Program-made: the position numbers and the translations under genes
Source: an uncultured Fibrobacterota bacterium
Lineage (GTDB): Bacteria > Fibrobacterota > Chitinivibrionia > Chitinivibrionales > FEN-1185
Direction: 5' to 3'
DNA: 64,000 nt
Assembly: GCA_963753345.1 (NCBI GenBank)
Contig: CAVWBU010000032.1
Span: 32,001 to 96,000, forward strand
In this document: positions 19,006 through 30,111 of the stretch, one piece after another
Layout: every line of letters begins with the position of its first letter
Numbering within the stretch: the first letter of the stretch is position 1
The notes under the pieces: model-generated
What the model was told of the DNA's origin: nothing
Database searches by the model: none
Seen by the model: the letters and a program-made list of their open reading frames with translations, nothing else

Positions 19006-20127
19006 TCACTCTAGCCCGGCAGGCTGCATCCTAACCGACGCAACAAGAAACGGCACGCAGAAAATAAAGTACGAAATATCGAATTTCGATTCGAAAAATC
19101 CCGTGTGCAACCCGCATTCGAGCCCGGCGAGCAGCGTTGACACGGCGACAATCGAGAACATGAGCACGCCGCACAACCGGAGGCACCCCTCGAAGGTCCT
19201 CACGAACAATCCGCCCGCAACAGAAATCGCAAGGAATGCCGCGGTAACGGGCATGGGCGAGAAGGCCGACTGGAGAACCAGCGGGTTCTTTTGCGTAAAG
19301 GCGTTCCATCCCCAGAAAAGAAGCGGAACAAAGGTGAGGCAGAACCCAACAGCCATTCCGCCCGCCACCTTTGCAAATGCGGAAACGTCCCTGCGCTTGA
19401 GCAGCCTGTAGGATAGAAAACAGGCCAGGGGCAGTGCCGCGACGGCGCGCGTCGAGATAAGAAGGCCTCCCGCCATGCCGATCCAGAATAGCCGTCTCCC
19501 TTGGGGCGCACTCTTTTCCAGCCAGAACAGGTACACCACCACAAGCGCCATGTTGGCAAAAATCGTGCTCCGAACAATGACTTCGTATGCGAGCGCCGGC
19601 GAGGTCACCAGAAGAACGGTTTGCACAAGCAATGTCCGCGAATCCGCCTGCCGCCGGGCAAATACCGCGAACAGCGCGGCGAACGCAGCGAGGGTAAGCA
19701 CCCCGATTTCTCTGATGAAATAAAACGGGAAGGCGATGACAAAGTAGAACGGGAACGGCCCGGGCTGGTTGGCCTGGTTCGATTGGGCGAGATAGGGGTA
19801 GGTGCCTGCCATAAGGTTGTCGAGAAACGCGTTGATCACGCTCCAGCGGTCGTTCATGATGGTGTCAACTTTGACAAAATGGAGCGCAATCAGAAAGAAG
19901 AGCGTGAATGCGGCGGAGCACACCACGGCATAGCGCCGTTTGAAAAAGCCGACATTCAGGCGGGCGGCAAACAGGGGAACAGCAATGCAGAAAAAGGCAT
20001 AGCCTGCGGCGAGCGCAAGTGCGGCACCTCCGCTTATCCGTGAGGCGTATTTTACAATAAAGAGAAGGTTGACGATGCAGAGAAGCGTCAGGGTGACCGT
20101 GTTTCCCGGGGAGATTGTCTTATCCAT
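19006..20127 (-). CDS. Polytopic membrane protein, possibly GT-C fold glycosyltransferase
   Basis: ~10 hydrophobic segments; 'NDRW..G.YPY..PFPF' loop; start uncertain. Confidence 0.6.
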   Translation of the reverse strand: MDKTISPGNTVTLTLLCIVNLLFIVKYASRISGGAALALAAGYAFFCIAVPLFAARLNVGFFKRRYAVVCSAAFTLFFLIALHFVKVDTIMNDRWSVINAFLDNLMAGTYPYLAQSNQANQPGPFPFYFVIAFPFYFIREIGVLTLAAFAALFAVFARRQADSRTLLVQTVLLVTSPALAYEVIVRSTIFANMALVVVYLFWLEKSAPQGRRLFWIGMAGGLLISTRAVAALPLACFLSYRLLKRRDVSAFAKVAGGMAVGFCLTFVPLLFWGWNAFTQKNPLVLQSAFSPMPVTAAFLAISVAGGLFVRTFEGCLRLCGVLMFSIVAVSTLLAGLECGLHTGFFESKFDISYFIFCVPFLVASVRMQPAGLE

Positions 20128-20210
20128 TGGTGGATAAAATAAATTCGGTGCTTGTAGTTGCATTGGAAAAGAAGAGGCGGAAGGTCGTGCCTAAAAGAAA
20201 AAATAAGTTT

Positions 20211-20609
20211 AGTGGGGGAAGTATCCCCCTGCCTGCGGCCGCCTCCGGCGTCCTCCGGCACCCCCTCCTGGGTGCACCCCTGGAAAGGGTAGTTGCAAAA
20301 CCATACTCTGCTGCGGGGGCACCCATGGAGAGTGGTTGTCAGCTTGAGGAGTTGAGAAGAAAAAGCGTTGAACAAGTAGAAAATGCGAAGAACAGTCTGA
20401 GCGTTATCATTGCGAAGCGGATTCTGGCGGGCGAAGAAGTATAATTGACAGAATAAATATCTGTTTGCCGCGCGTTAGGTGGACTGGAGGCCGCGCTGGA
20501 GCGGAGTGCCGCCCGACACCCGGCCCGCAGGGCATAGGGCAGGCGGCAACGAGGCGAAGGCCGAGACCGGAAGGGAGACCGACCCTCGCGAAGCGAGGGG
20601 AACGCCCAG
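20211..20609 (+). repeat. Bipartite structured repeat, A+B composite
   Basis: A 20211-20333, B 20445-20609; between divergent genes. Confidence 0.9.
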
Positions 20610-20667
20610 CGTATCTTATGTTGTCAGGGATATTGAAACTTGTACTATTGTCCCGATCCCTGTGAAT

Positions 20668-20696
20668 TTGACTTTGACCCGCTGTGGAAGTATATT
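20668..20696 (+). promoter_or_regulatory. Putative sigma70 promoter of the LRR gene
   Basis: TTGACT-17 bp-TATATT, ~50 nt upstream of ATG 20748. Confidence 0.45.
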
Positions 20697-20747
20697 ATTT
20701 ATATACTTTACAAATAGCACATTATCCTCTTATTAAAGGGGGATTCC

Positions 20748-21446
20748 ATGAAACGAACCGTTTTTATTATTCTTGCGATTGCCTCAACCTGCGCTTTCGG
20801 CCAGGCAAATTCTGAGCAGGTTGCCGTGGTGCGGACCATTCTCGACAGCGCCGGACTGCAGGGCGTCACCGTGGAGAGCGTGACCAAGGCCGATTCGCTC
20901 GGCAGGATCACCTCTCTCGACTTGACAAACAAGGAAATGGAGAAGGCCGGCGTCAAGGTGCTCCCGCCGTCCATCGGCACCCTTACATCCCTCACGACCC
21001 TGCTTCTCGGGCGCAACAGCATCACCGATGTCCCTCCGGAAATAGGCCGGCTCACGTCGCTTGTCAAACTGGACCTCCAATACAACCAGATCGGCGAACT
21101 GCCTTCCGAACTCGGCAGCTGCGTTGCCCTGCAGGAGCTGGACGTTCGCCAGAACCAGCTCTCAAAACTGCCGCGAGAGCTGTTTACGCTCAAGTCGCTC
21201 AGGGTCCTGCAATTGTGGGGCAACCGGTTCACCTCGCTGCCCGAGGAAATAACCAAGCTCACCTCGCTGCGGGAGCTGTACCTCATGAACAACAGGCTTT
21301 TCACCCTTCCCGACGGCATCGTGAAGATGAAATGGCTCACCTACGTTGATTTTCAGGACAACAAGATCTGCGCGCCGTCGGCGGAACTATCGGCCTGGCT
21401 CAAGAAATGGGACGACCGCTGGAAATCCAAGCAGAAATGCTGGTGA
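20748..21446 (+). CDS. Secreted leucine-rich repeat protein
   Basis: Signal peptide; 23-aa LxxLxLxxNxLxxLPxEIGxL repeats. Confidence 0.9.
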   Translation: MKRTVFIILAIASTCAFGQANSEQVAVVRTILDSAGLQGVTVESVTKADSLGRITSLDLTNKEMEKAGVKVLPPSIGTLTSLTTLLLGRNSITDVPPEIGRLTSLVKLDLQYNQIGELPSELGSCVALQELDVRQNQLSKLPRELFTLKSLRVLQLWGNRFTSLPEEITKLTSLRELYLMNNRLFTLPDGIVKMKWLTYVDFQDNKICAPSAELSAWLKKWDDRWKSKQKCW

Positions 21447-21630
21447 GGCGGGCAGCGACCGAGGCCCGCTATTTTCCTCTGTAAGCCGTAAAAACCCGCT
21501 TTCGCAAAGCCGTCTTCCCTGCGTACGAAGGCGATCGTCGCCGTGAACGACTGCACGGCGGCATTCGGTCCCACGTACTCCTCGCTCAGCCCGTTGCCCT
21601 TTTGCCGCAGAAATCACATAATTTTCCTTT

Positions 21631-21662
21631 GAAGAACCCTGCCCCAAGGGGCAGGGTTCTTC
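21631..21662. repeat. Perfect 15-bp inverted repeat
   Basis: GAAGAACCCTGCCCC-AA-GGGGCAGGGTTCTTC. Confidence 0.8.
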
Positions 21663-21741
21663 CTTGCCTAAGGAAAATATATTTATAATCCGCCCGCTAA
21701 CCCCGCTCCAAGTCGCGGGGATTGCGCGGGCTGAGGCGTTC

Positions 21742-23515
21742 ATGGATGTCATCACGCAGAAACAGGCAGGAGTACCCCTGGCATTTCTTCCCACCACGCG
21801 CGAAGAAATGCATGGCACTGGGCATTGAGCAGCTCGACGTTATCATCGTAACGGGCGACGCCTACGTCGACCATCCCGCATTCGGCGCAGCCATGGTCGG
21901 ACGGTACCTCCAGTCGCTCGGAGTAACCGTGGGCATCATCGCAATGCCCGATGTAAACGACCCGTCGCAGTTTGCCGCGCTCGGGCAGCCGCGGTATTTC
22001 TTCGGCGTGACCGCGGGCAATGTCGATTCCATGGTGTCGCTGTTTACGGCCCAGAAAAAGCCGCGAAGCGACGACCCGTATGTTCCGGGCGGCAGGGCGG
22101 GCGTGCGTCCGCAGCGCGCCGTCATCGCCTATTGCAACGCGATCCGTCAGGCGTTCGGCGGCGCGGCCATCGTGATCGGCGGCGTGGAGGCGAGCCTGCG
22201 CCGCATCGTGCACTACGACTTCTGGTCCGATTCCCTTCGCCAGCCCATTCTGCTCGACGCAAAGGCCGACCTTCTCGCCTACGGCATGGCCGAGCACCCG
22301 CTGCGGGCCGTTGTTGCGCGCTGCAAGCGGGGAGAGCCGCTGTCCGGCATGCTCGACATTCCCGGTACCGCGGTACGCCTCGGCAAAGCCGCGCTTGACG
22401 CCGTGACTGCCGATCCGAAGAACAGATTCGTGCGGCTGCCGTCCTTCGAGGAGATCAGGAATTCGCGGGAGGCGTTTTCCCGCATGACAAGACTGTTCTA
22501 CGAAAACCCGGAGGCGGCGTTTCTGCAGGAAAGCGGCACCCTTGCAGTACTTGTCAACAAGCCCGCCGAACCGCTTACGCAGGGAGAAATCGACCGCATC
22601 TACGAACTGCCGTTTACCTACCATCCGCACCCGTCCTACAAACAGTCCGTTCCCGCGTACGAACAGATACGGGACTCCATCACCGCGGTGCGCGGGTGTT
22701 TCGGCGGGTGCAATTTCTGCGGCCTCGGCGCGCACCAGGGAAAAACCGTCCAGAGCAGGTCAAAGGAATCGGTGGTGCGGGAGATACGGAGGCGGTCGCA
22801 GCTTCCCGGATGGAAAGGGATCGTGTCGGACCTCGGCGGTCCCACTGCCAACATGTACGGCCTGTTCTGCAAACGGCCCAAGGATGGCAAACCCTGCACG
22901 CGCAGGAGCTGCCTCGCGCCTTCGGCGTGCGCGTTTCTGCACGCCAACCAGTCGGCGTTCGCCGATCTTATCCGCACGGTGTGCGGGCTCGACATGGTAA
23001 AGCATGTGTCAATCAACTCCGGCGTGCGCATGGACCTCGCCCTGCTCTGGCCCGAGATCATCGACGTTGTCGCGAAAAAGGCGACGGGCGGCCAGCTTTC
23101 CGTTGCGCCCGAGCACGTGTCGCGCGCCGTGCTTTCGGCAATGGGGAAACCCGAGGAAACCGGATGGCAGAGGTTCGAGGAACTCTTCGCGGCCGCAAGC
23201 GCGCGCGCCGGCAAGCAGCAGTTCCTTGTGCCGTATCTTATCGCGGGCCACCCCGGCAGCACGCTCAAGGACGCCGCAGATCTCGGCGAATACCTCCGGC
23301 GCAGGGGCCTGCGGCCGCGCAACGTGCAGGAATACATCCCCATCCCCATGACCGTGTCGTGCTCCGTGTATGCCACCGGCGAAGACCCGTTTACAGGAAG
23401 GAAAGTGCCGGTCACCTACAAGCTGAGCGAGGTGCGGCGGCAGAAGGAGCTCATCATGTGGTGGCAGGAACAAACGCCGCCCCCTCGCCGCGACCGCAGG
23501 GGAGGCCGGCGGTGA
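21742..23515 (+). CDS. ygiQ: YgiQ/UPF0313 family radical SAM protein (frameshift ~21811)
   Basis: FLPTTREEM / LDVIIVTGDAYVDHP, GNVDSMV, RGCFGGCNFC, DLGGPTANMY, VAPEH. Confidence 0.88.
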
Positions 23516-24530
23516 AGAACGGTTCCGTGCCGCCCTTCCACGCAGCCCGCCGTGTCCGCGCCGCCGGGCCGTGATGCCCTAGTCCATGCCATTCACAAAG
23601 GCGAATTCTGGAAACCCTGCCCCGGCACGACGCAGGGGTATTTGTGCTGCGGCTACCAGATCCTCACCCCGCTCACGGGCTGCGGCATGTACTGCAGGTA
23701 CTGCGTTTTGCAGGCGTATCTCGAAAACCAGGCGCAGGTCGTATTCGACAATTTTTCCGATCTGGAAAGCGGAGGTCCGCGGCAAGCTTGCCGTATGGAA
23801 GGGCGTGGTGCGGTTCGGCACCGGCGAATTCGGCGACAGCCTGTACCTCGAAGACAAACTCCGTCTGAGCGAAAAAATCGCGGCACTGCTTGATCCCTTT
23901 CCGAATGCGCTCGTTGAATTCAAGACAAAAAGCACAAACATAGGCAGCCTTGCGAAGATAAGGAACCCGCAAAAAGTCATGGTCGGGTTTTCCATGAACA
24001 CGCCGCGCATGATCTCATTGTTCGAGCACGGCACCGCGCTGCTCGAAGACCGGCTTGCGGCTGCGCAACGCTGTCTCGACATGGGCTTCTGGGTCGCGTT
24101 CCACTTCGACCCGATTTTGTGGTATCCGGAATGGAAACAGGAGTACCTCGATGTCGTTTCCCGCATACTCGGCGCCGTTTCCGATACGTCAAGGATCGCC
24201 TGGTGGAGCCTGGGCGGCTTTCGCTCATCGCCTGCGCTCAAGGCGCTGCTCAAGAAAACGAACGCGCACCTTCCGCTGTTCGCCATGGGCGAGCTTGTGC
24301 AGGGAGAGGACGGGAAAATCAGGTATTACCGGCCCATTCGGGTGGAATTCTATTCGGCGATACGGGAAGAAGTAGAAAGGCGAGATCCGGATATTCCGCT
24401 TTATTTGTGCATGGAGAGTCCGGAAGTATGGGAAGAAGCGGGGATGATGAAGAGAATTCCAAAAGGATTAGTGAGATATCTTGATGAGAGGGCGGAGAAT
24501 ATGTTGGGCATTGCAATAAGTAAAGATTAG
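23512..24530 (+). CDS. Spore-photoproduct-lyase-like radical SAM protein (frameshift ~23770; start uncertain)
   Basis: WKPCPG..YLCCGY..GCGMYCRYC.LQ.Y; GTGEFGDSL, EFKTKS, HFDPI, LYLCME. Confidence 0.8.
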
Positions 24531-24885
24531 TTTGGTGGGGGAAGTATCCCCCTGCCTGCGGCCCTGCGGTCCTCCGGCACCCCCTTCCTGGGCGGCCCCC
24601 AAGGAAGTTGATTTGCGAGAAAGTTGCTTGGGTTGGGGGGCACCCACGGAGAGGTGTTGAAAAGTACAAAGAAGAAGCTTTGATCATTTTCTTGATGATT
24701 CAAGATGGCGGGAAAAATGATCTTGACCGAATAGATTTCTTCTGCCGCGCGTTAGGTGGACCGTAGGGTGAGCTAGAGCGAATTGTCACTTCGTTCCCCA
24801 AGGTATGGAAATAGCGCTTCGCGCTTCATTATTGTGTCTCTTGCCTTGTGCCGGCCGACGACCCTTGGAAGCACCCGGCGGGGTG
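24531..24885 (+). repeat. A+B composite, B truncated at 3' end
   Basis: A starts at the base after the stop codon; B 24723-24885 stops at GCACCCGGCGGGGTG. Confidence 0.85.
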
Positions 24886-25005
24886 ATGGAGAGTCCGGAG
24901 GTGTGGGGAGAAGCGGGGATGATGAGAAGAATTCCAAGAGGGTTGGTGAGATATCTGGATGAGAGGGCGGAGAAAATGTTGGGAATTCCAAAAAGTAAAT
25001 ATTGA
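24886..25005 (+). pseudogene. Diverged duplicate of the last 40 codons of the SPL-like gene
   Basis: Ungapped match to 24411-24530, 16 mismatches in 120 nt by manual count. Confidence 0.92.
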
Positions 25006-25397
25006 TTTGGCGGGGGAGGTTTCCCCCTCACTCCGGCCCGGCACGCGCGACATTTTTTCCATGACTTCCCGCGCGCCGGTTCTCCGCTACCCCCTCCTGG
25101 GTGGCCCCCAAGGAAGTGGATTTGCAAGAAAGAACCGTCGGCTGCGGGGGCACCGAAAGAAATAGTTGAAGCGTTGAATGGTTGAAAAGCATAGACTGAT
25201 TCATGGCGTATGCGGATTGGCGCGGGAAGAAGCAATTGACTGATAAGATTTCTTCTGCCGCGCGTTAGGTGGACCGTAGGGTGAGCTAGAGCGAATTGCC
25301 GGCCGACCCGGCCGACAGGCATAGGGCGGACCGGCAACGAGGCGAACAGCCGAGCCCGAAGGGAGACCGGCCCGAGCGAAGCGAGGGAAACGCCCAA
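25006..25397 (+). repeat. Bipartite structured repeat, A+B composite
   Basis: A 25006-25162, B 25236-25397. Confidence 0.9.
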
Positions 25398-25442
25398 ATC
25401 TTATATTCATATTAATTACCATCAACCATTTTTATAAAGGCT

Positions 25443-26418
25443 ATGAATACTACAAACCCTCTTGCCATTGGATCAATTGCTCTCGGCGAAATTCCCCGCG
25501 TGGTCGCGGTCATCGACGAATTTCTCGACATGCACCGCATCGCTGCGCTTGCAAAGACCGGCGCGGACATCCTGGAAATGCGGTTCGACCTGCTGGGCGA
25601 CGACATCCCGTCGCTATGTGTATATGTTGACAAAATCAAGAAGACCACAAATTTCCCCTGCATCGGCACCATCCGCGAGACGGACGGCAACCGGCACAAG
25701 CGGATGGACATGTTCAAGTCGGTGATCCCGTTCGTGGACGCAGTCGACATAGAGATCGACGCATCGATCGCGCAGCAGGTGATCGCTCATGCGGCGGGGA
25801 AAACCGTGATCGTGTCGGAGCACGATTTCGAGAAGACGCCCGACATCGCGCATCTGCACGCCATTGCCGACAGGGCGCACGAGCCTCGGCGCCCACATTG
25901 TAAAGATCGCGGCAATGGCGCACAGCCGTCAAGATGTGGCGCGGCTGCTCGCGTTCGCGTCCGAATGCGCATGGCCGGTGGTGGTGATCGCCATGGGCGA
26001 TTTCGGCACCATCTCGCGCGTCCTGGCGCCGGTGTTCGGGTCGCTGTTCACGTACGGGTTTTTAAGATCGGCGGTCGCGCCCGGCCAGATTCCGGTTGGT
26101 AAATTGGTCGAAGAGCTGCGATTATATTATCCTCATATCAATAGTAAATCTAATCAGTTTTCAAATTCTGGTGGGGGCACCTCCTTGGCATCGGTTTCCC
26201 CCGGGCTCCGGCTTCCTCGCCTTCGCTTGCGGTGTCCTGCGCCTATCGCCCTTCCAGTTGGGCCGGCGCAACCGTCCGCGGGGCGGCAACGCTTGCGCGC
26301 TCGCGCGGCGTCACCCGTTCACGCTTCGCCCCTGCGCAAGAAATGCGCCTTCGCGCAATGTAATCAGTGCATTCGTCACTCGCAAATGCAACCATCGGTC
26401 GTGACAACAGACGATTGA
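25443..26418 (+). CDS. aroD: Type I 3-dehydroquinate dehydratase (frameshift ~25880; homology ends ~26135)
   Basis: DILEMRFD, DIEI, IVSEHDFEKTP, IVKIAAM, IAMG..G..SR, FTYG..APGQI. Confidence 0.85.
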
Positions 26419-26627
26419 CTTATCGAAGATCTAAATTGCCGTTTTCTGCGTTAGGCAGGACTGGAAGTCCCGCTATAGCGGGATGCCGCCTGACCACGGC
26501 CCGCAGGGCCATCGTGGCAGGCGGCCCGAGGCCGAAGGCCGACGACCCTTGGAAGCACCCGAAGGGGTGGACCGGAAGGAGGGCCGACCCGACCCCGAGC
26601 TGTGTCGAGGGGGAGGGGAACGCCCAA
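26168..26627 (+). repeat. A'+B composite
   Basis: A' variant shares GGGGGCACC..TTTCCCCC..TGCGGTGTCCT..GCGCTCGCGCGGCGTC with 41580; B 26415-26627. Confidence 0.8.
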
Positions 26628-26643
26628 ATCATTTATCGGGATG

Positions 26644-27324
26644 TTATGTTGTGCTTCTTGACCCCTTTTTCTGGCTTCGAAAAACAAATATCCTCACCCC
26701 GATGGTAATGACAAGCGCGACAAGCGTAAAGATTATTGAAATTGTCAATTGGTAATCGATGTTTTTGTATACGCGGATATCGTGCCGCTGTTTGACCCCG
26801 TCCAGATAGCCCAGCAGGCTGTCGAGCGTTTCAAACTCGTGTTTCATCGGTCCGGTGATAACATCGACCGCCTCGCCCGTAGCCTCCGATTTCGACAATG
26901 CGATGAGTGAATCGATGGTGATTGCGCATTCTGCAAACGATGCGCCAGCCTCTCCGACAAGACGGGAGCTCTTTTTGGTGCCGTAGAACGGCTTGGACTT
27001 TGCAATCAGTTCTCCCACCTCACGCTTGTGGGTGAGGATTTTCTCGGTGACAAGGTACTTTTCGTCGACGTCGGTAAGCAGGAACAGATTGTTGATGTCC
27101 TTGTTGATGGAAAGAAGTTTTATCCGCGCGGTCTGAATGTAGTTCTGGCCGATAAGGTCGGTCTTGAACATGCCCTCCAGATTATTTTGAAGCGAAAAGA
27201 TGTATTGAATGGTGGAGAGGTTGGCGATGAGCGCAATAACCACGGCGACCACCAGGCCCCAGGTGGGGTTGTGGATGAGGGCGGAAATGACAAAGCGGAA
27301 TAACGCGGCTATCTTCTTGATCAT
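26644..27324 (-). CDS. Membrane protein with four-helix-bundle (4HB_MCP-like) sensory domain
   Basis: Two TM segments flanking ~150-aa helical region; no cytoplasmic signalling domain. Confidence 0.6.
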   Translation of the reverse strand: MIKKIAALFRFVISALIHNPTWGLVVAVVIALIANLSTIQYIFSLQNNLEGMFKTDLIGQNYIQTARIKLLSINKDINNLFLLTDVDEKYLVTEKILTHKREVGELIAKSKPFYGTKKSSRLVGEAGASFAECAITIDSLIALSKSEATGEAVDVITGPMKHEFETLDSLLGYLDGVKQRHDIRVYKNIDYQLTISIIFTLVALVITIGVRIFVFRSQKKGSRSTT

Positions 27325-27391
27325 CCTGCAGTCCTTTGTCCCAGGTCGGGGCACACGCCATGATCAATCATCCGCATCTTTTCTTTCGGCG

Positions 27392-28412
27392 TTATTTCCC
27401 GCCCGTCATTTCAACCAGCTTCCGCAGTTTCTCCATCGCCTTGCCTTTGTCAATCGCCTTCTGCGCCATCGCGATCCCCTCTTTGGGGTCTTTGGCCACG
27501 CCGCTTGCGGCAATGGCGAACGCCGGCGTTGAGCGCCACGATGTCGCGCCGCGGCCCCTTTTCGCCCGAAAGCACCGCCTTGACAATTGCGGCATTCTCC
27601 TGTGCCGTGCCGCCCGCGATGTCCGATAGAATCCCCCGTTTGAATCCGAAGTCCTCGGGCCGAATATCGTACGACCGTACCGCTCCGTCGGCAAGTTCGG
27701 CGACGTGCGTTTCCGCGGTGATGGTGATCTCGTCAAGGTGATCGGCGCCGTGCACCACATAGGCCTTGGTGCTTCCCAGGTTGAGCAGCACCCGTGCCAG
27801 GGTAGGGGCAAGGCCGGGCGAGAACACGCCGAGGAGCTGGCGCTTGGCCATGGAAGGATTGGTGAGCGGGCCGAGGATGTTGAACACCGTGCGGATGCCT
27901 ATTTCCTTCCTGGGCCCGATGGCGAACTTCATCGCTTTGTGTAGAGACGGCGCGAACAGGAAGCAGATGCCGATTTCGTCAAGGCACTGCTTCATGATTG
28001 CCGGGTCGGCGCCGATGTTCACGCCGAGCGCCTCAAGCACGTCGGCGCTCCCGCATTTGCTCGACACGCTTCTGTTGCCGTGCTTGGCCACCGTTGCGCC
28101 CGCGCCGGCCGCGACAAAGGCCGCGGCGGTCGAGATGTTGAACGTATGCGCGCCGTCGCCACCCGTGCCGCACGTGTCAACCACGTGACGCTCATCGCTT
28201 GCCAGAACGTGCGTGGCCTTCTCGCGCATCACGGTGGCCGCGGCCGTAATTTCGTCGGCGGTTTCGCCCTTCATGCGCAGCGCCACGATGAAGGCCGCGA
28301 TCTGCGCGTCGGTGGCGCTGCCGCTCATGATGTCGTTGAACACGTCCCTCGCCTCGTTCACCGCAAGGTTCGCGCCCGAGGTGACCTGCCGGATTGCCTC
28401 CACGATATTCAT
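27392..28412 (-). CDS. trpD: Anthranilate phosphoribosyltransferase (frameshift ~27515)
   Basis: DTCGTGGDG..TFNIST, KHGNRSVSSKCGSAD, RTVFNILGPL.NP, LDEI. Confidence 0.95.
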
Positions 28413-28536
28413 GCCCGAGTCCTTTCGCGTGTGCCGTGCGCAAATGTGAACAAAATATATATTCTACCACGGCGCAGCCCGGATTCGGCATTGCCGCGCC
28501 GCTTGATAAACAATCACTAATGTAGTACAATAGGAT

Positions 28537-29139
28537 ATGTCCCTGGATAAGGAACAGTGCAGGCCCTCGGCGGTGTTTGCGTCGTCTGCCGCGAACATTC
28601 GCGACATTCCCCAAGGTTCTGAACGGGAATTTTGCGTTTTCGGTAGGTCGAACGTGGGGAAGTCGTCGTTTATCAACCATGTGTTCTCCAACGGGTCGCT
28701 GGCGCGGGTCTCGAAGACGCCGGGCAAGACCACGCTTGCCAATTTCTACAGGGTGAGCGACGGGAGTGTCTGGGCCGACCTCCCGGGCTACGGATACGCG
28801 CACAAGGCCAGGAGCGAACAGGTGCGATGGTCGCGCCTAGTGGCCGATTACTGCGAAAAGCGGGGAAACCTTTGCGGCGTGATCTGGCTTTGCGACAGCC
28901 GGCACCCGGGGCTGCCCCTTGACAAAGAGGCTTTGGCCTGGCTCTCGTCGCTGTCGCTGCCCGTGCTTGCGGTGCTCACCAAGGCCGACAAGCTGTCGGC
29001 GCGGGAGCGTGCCGAAAATCCTGCACGGTTCGTGCGGGAACTGCGTCTTGCGGAGCCTCCGGTCCTCTATTCCACCCGTCACGAGGAGGCGCGGCAGAGG
29101 TTCTGGGAGCGATATGAGGCCTGGGCGAGTGGCCGATAA
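28537..29139 (+). CDS. engB: GTP-binding protein EngB/YsxC
   Basis: GRSNVGKSS, SKTPGKT, DLPGYGYA, TKADK. Confidence 0.93.
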   Translation: MSLDKEQCRPSAVFASSAANIRDIPQGSEREFCVFGRSNVGKSSFINHVFSNGSLARVSKTPGKTTLANFYRVSDGSVWADLPGYGYAHKARSEQVRWSRLVADYCEKRGNLCGVIWLCDSRHPGLPLDKEALAWLSSLSLPVLAVLTKADKLSARERAENPARFVRELRLAEPPVLYSTRHEEARQRFWERYEAWASGR

Positions 29140-29157
29140 CGAAAAGGGATGTTTTGC

Positions 29158-29962
29158 ATGGGGCGGCTTCTGCGTTTTGTAAACAGGATGGGCGACTGGG
29201 TTGTGTCGCTGTGCAGGACCGTGTTCGACGTCACCGGTCTTTTCTACGACATTCTCACCGTGCTCTTCGTGGGCGGCAGGCAGGGCATCGCCTCGTCCTT
29301 CAAGCAGATCGTGAGCCAGGTGCTGTTCACCGGCGTGGAGGCGTTCTGGCTCGTGGGCGTCATCGGCCTTCTGTGCGGCATCACCATCATCATCCAGGCC
29401 ATGACCAACATGCCCAAGTTCGGCGTGGGCGAGTATTTCGGCAACATCCTCATCATCGTTGTCATACGGGAACTCGGCCCGTTTTTCACTTCACTCGTGG
29501 TGGTGGGCAGGTCGGGCTCGGCGCTGGCAACGTACATCGGCAACATGCGCGTGTCAAAGGAGCTCTCGGCGCTCGAGGTGATGGGCATCGACCCGGTGCA
29601 TTTCATCGTGATGCCGGCGTTTGTGGGCATGGTGATTTCCATGGTGTGCCTGTCGGTATACTTCGACATCATCGCCATCATCGGCGGATACTTTATCGCG
29701 CAGGTCAAGGTGAGCGATCCCGTTCAGGTACTTTATGAGCACGGTGCTCGGCGCGCTGCACCCGTGGGACATCATCGAATCGGTCTTCAAGAACGTGATG
29801 TTCGGCGCGATCACCGCGCTGGTGAGCTGCCATTACGGCCTTGCGGTCACCAACACGCGCGAGTTGCCGCAGGCCGCGCTCAAGAGCGTGGTGAGCTGCA
29901 TGATCGTGACGCTCTTGATCAACATTCTGATAACGGTGAGCGTATTTTTGTATTCGTTATGA
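29158..29962 (+). CDS. mlaE: MlaE family ABC permease (frameshift ~29720)
   Basis: IRELGP..GRSGSA..IGNMRVSKEL.ALEVMGIDP; C-terminus in ORF 29735-29962. Confidence 0.88.
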
Positions 29963-30027
29963 GGGATAAGACAAGAATCACCCTAAAGGCACGTGGGACG
30001 CGGAGAAGAATGAGGTGACTGGTATGT

Positions 30028-30063
30028 TTTCAACTCTCAACTTTCAACTGTCAACTTTCAACT
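30028..30063 (+). repeat. Heptamer tandem array (NTCAACT)x5
   Basis: TTTCAACTCTCAACTTTCAACTGTCAACTTTCAACT between mlaE and mlaF. Confidence 0.8.
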
Positions 30064-30111
30064 TGTTTGTCAGGGATACTGGAATTCTTTCAAAACATAA
30101 GTGTATGATAT

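Noticed and set aside
24411..25005. Duplicate 3' end as DGR template/variable repeat
   Set aside because: Half of the mismatches are at non-A positions, A changes are only to G, and no reverse transcriptase is in the window.
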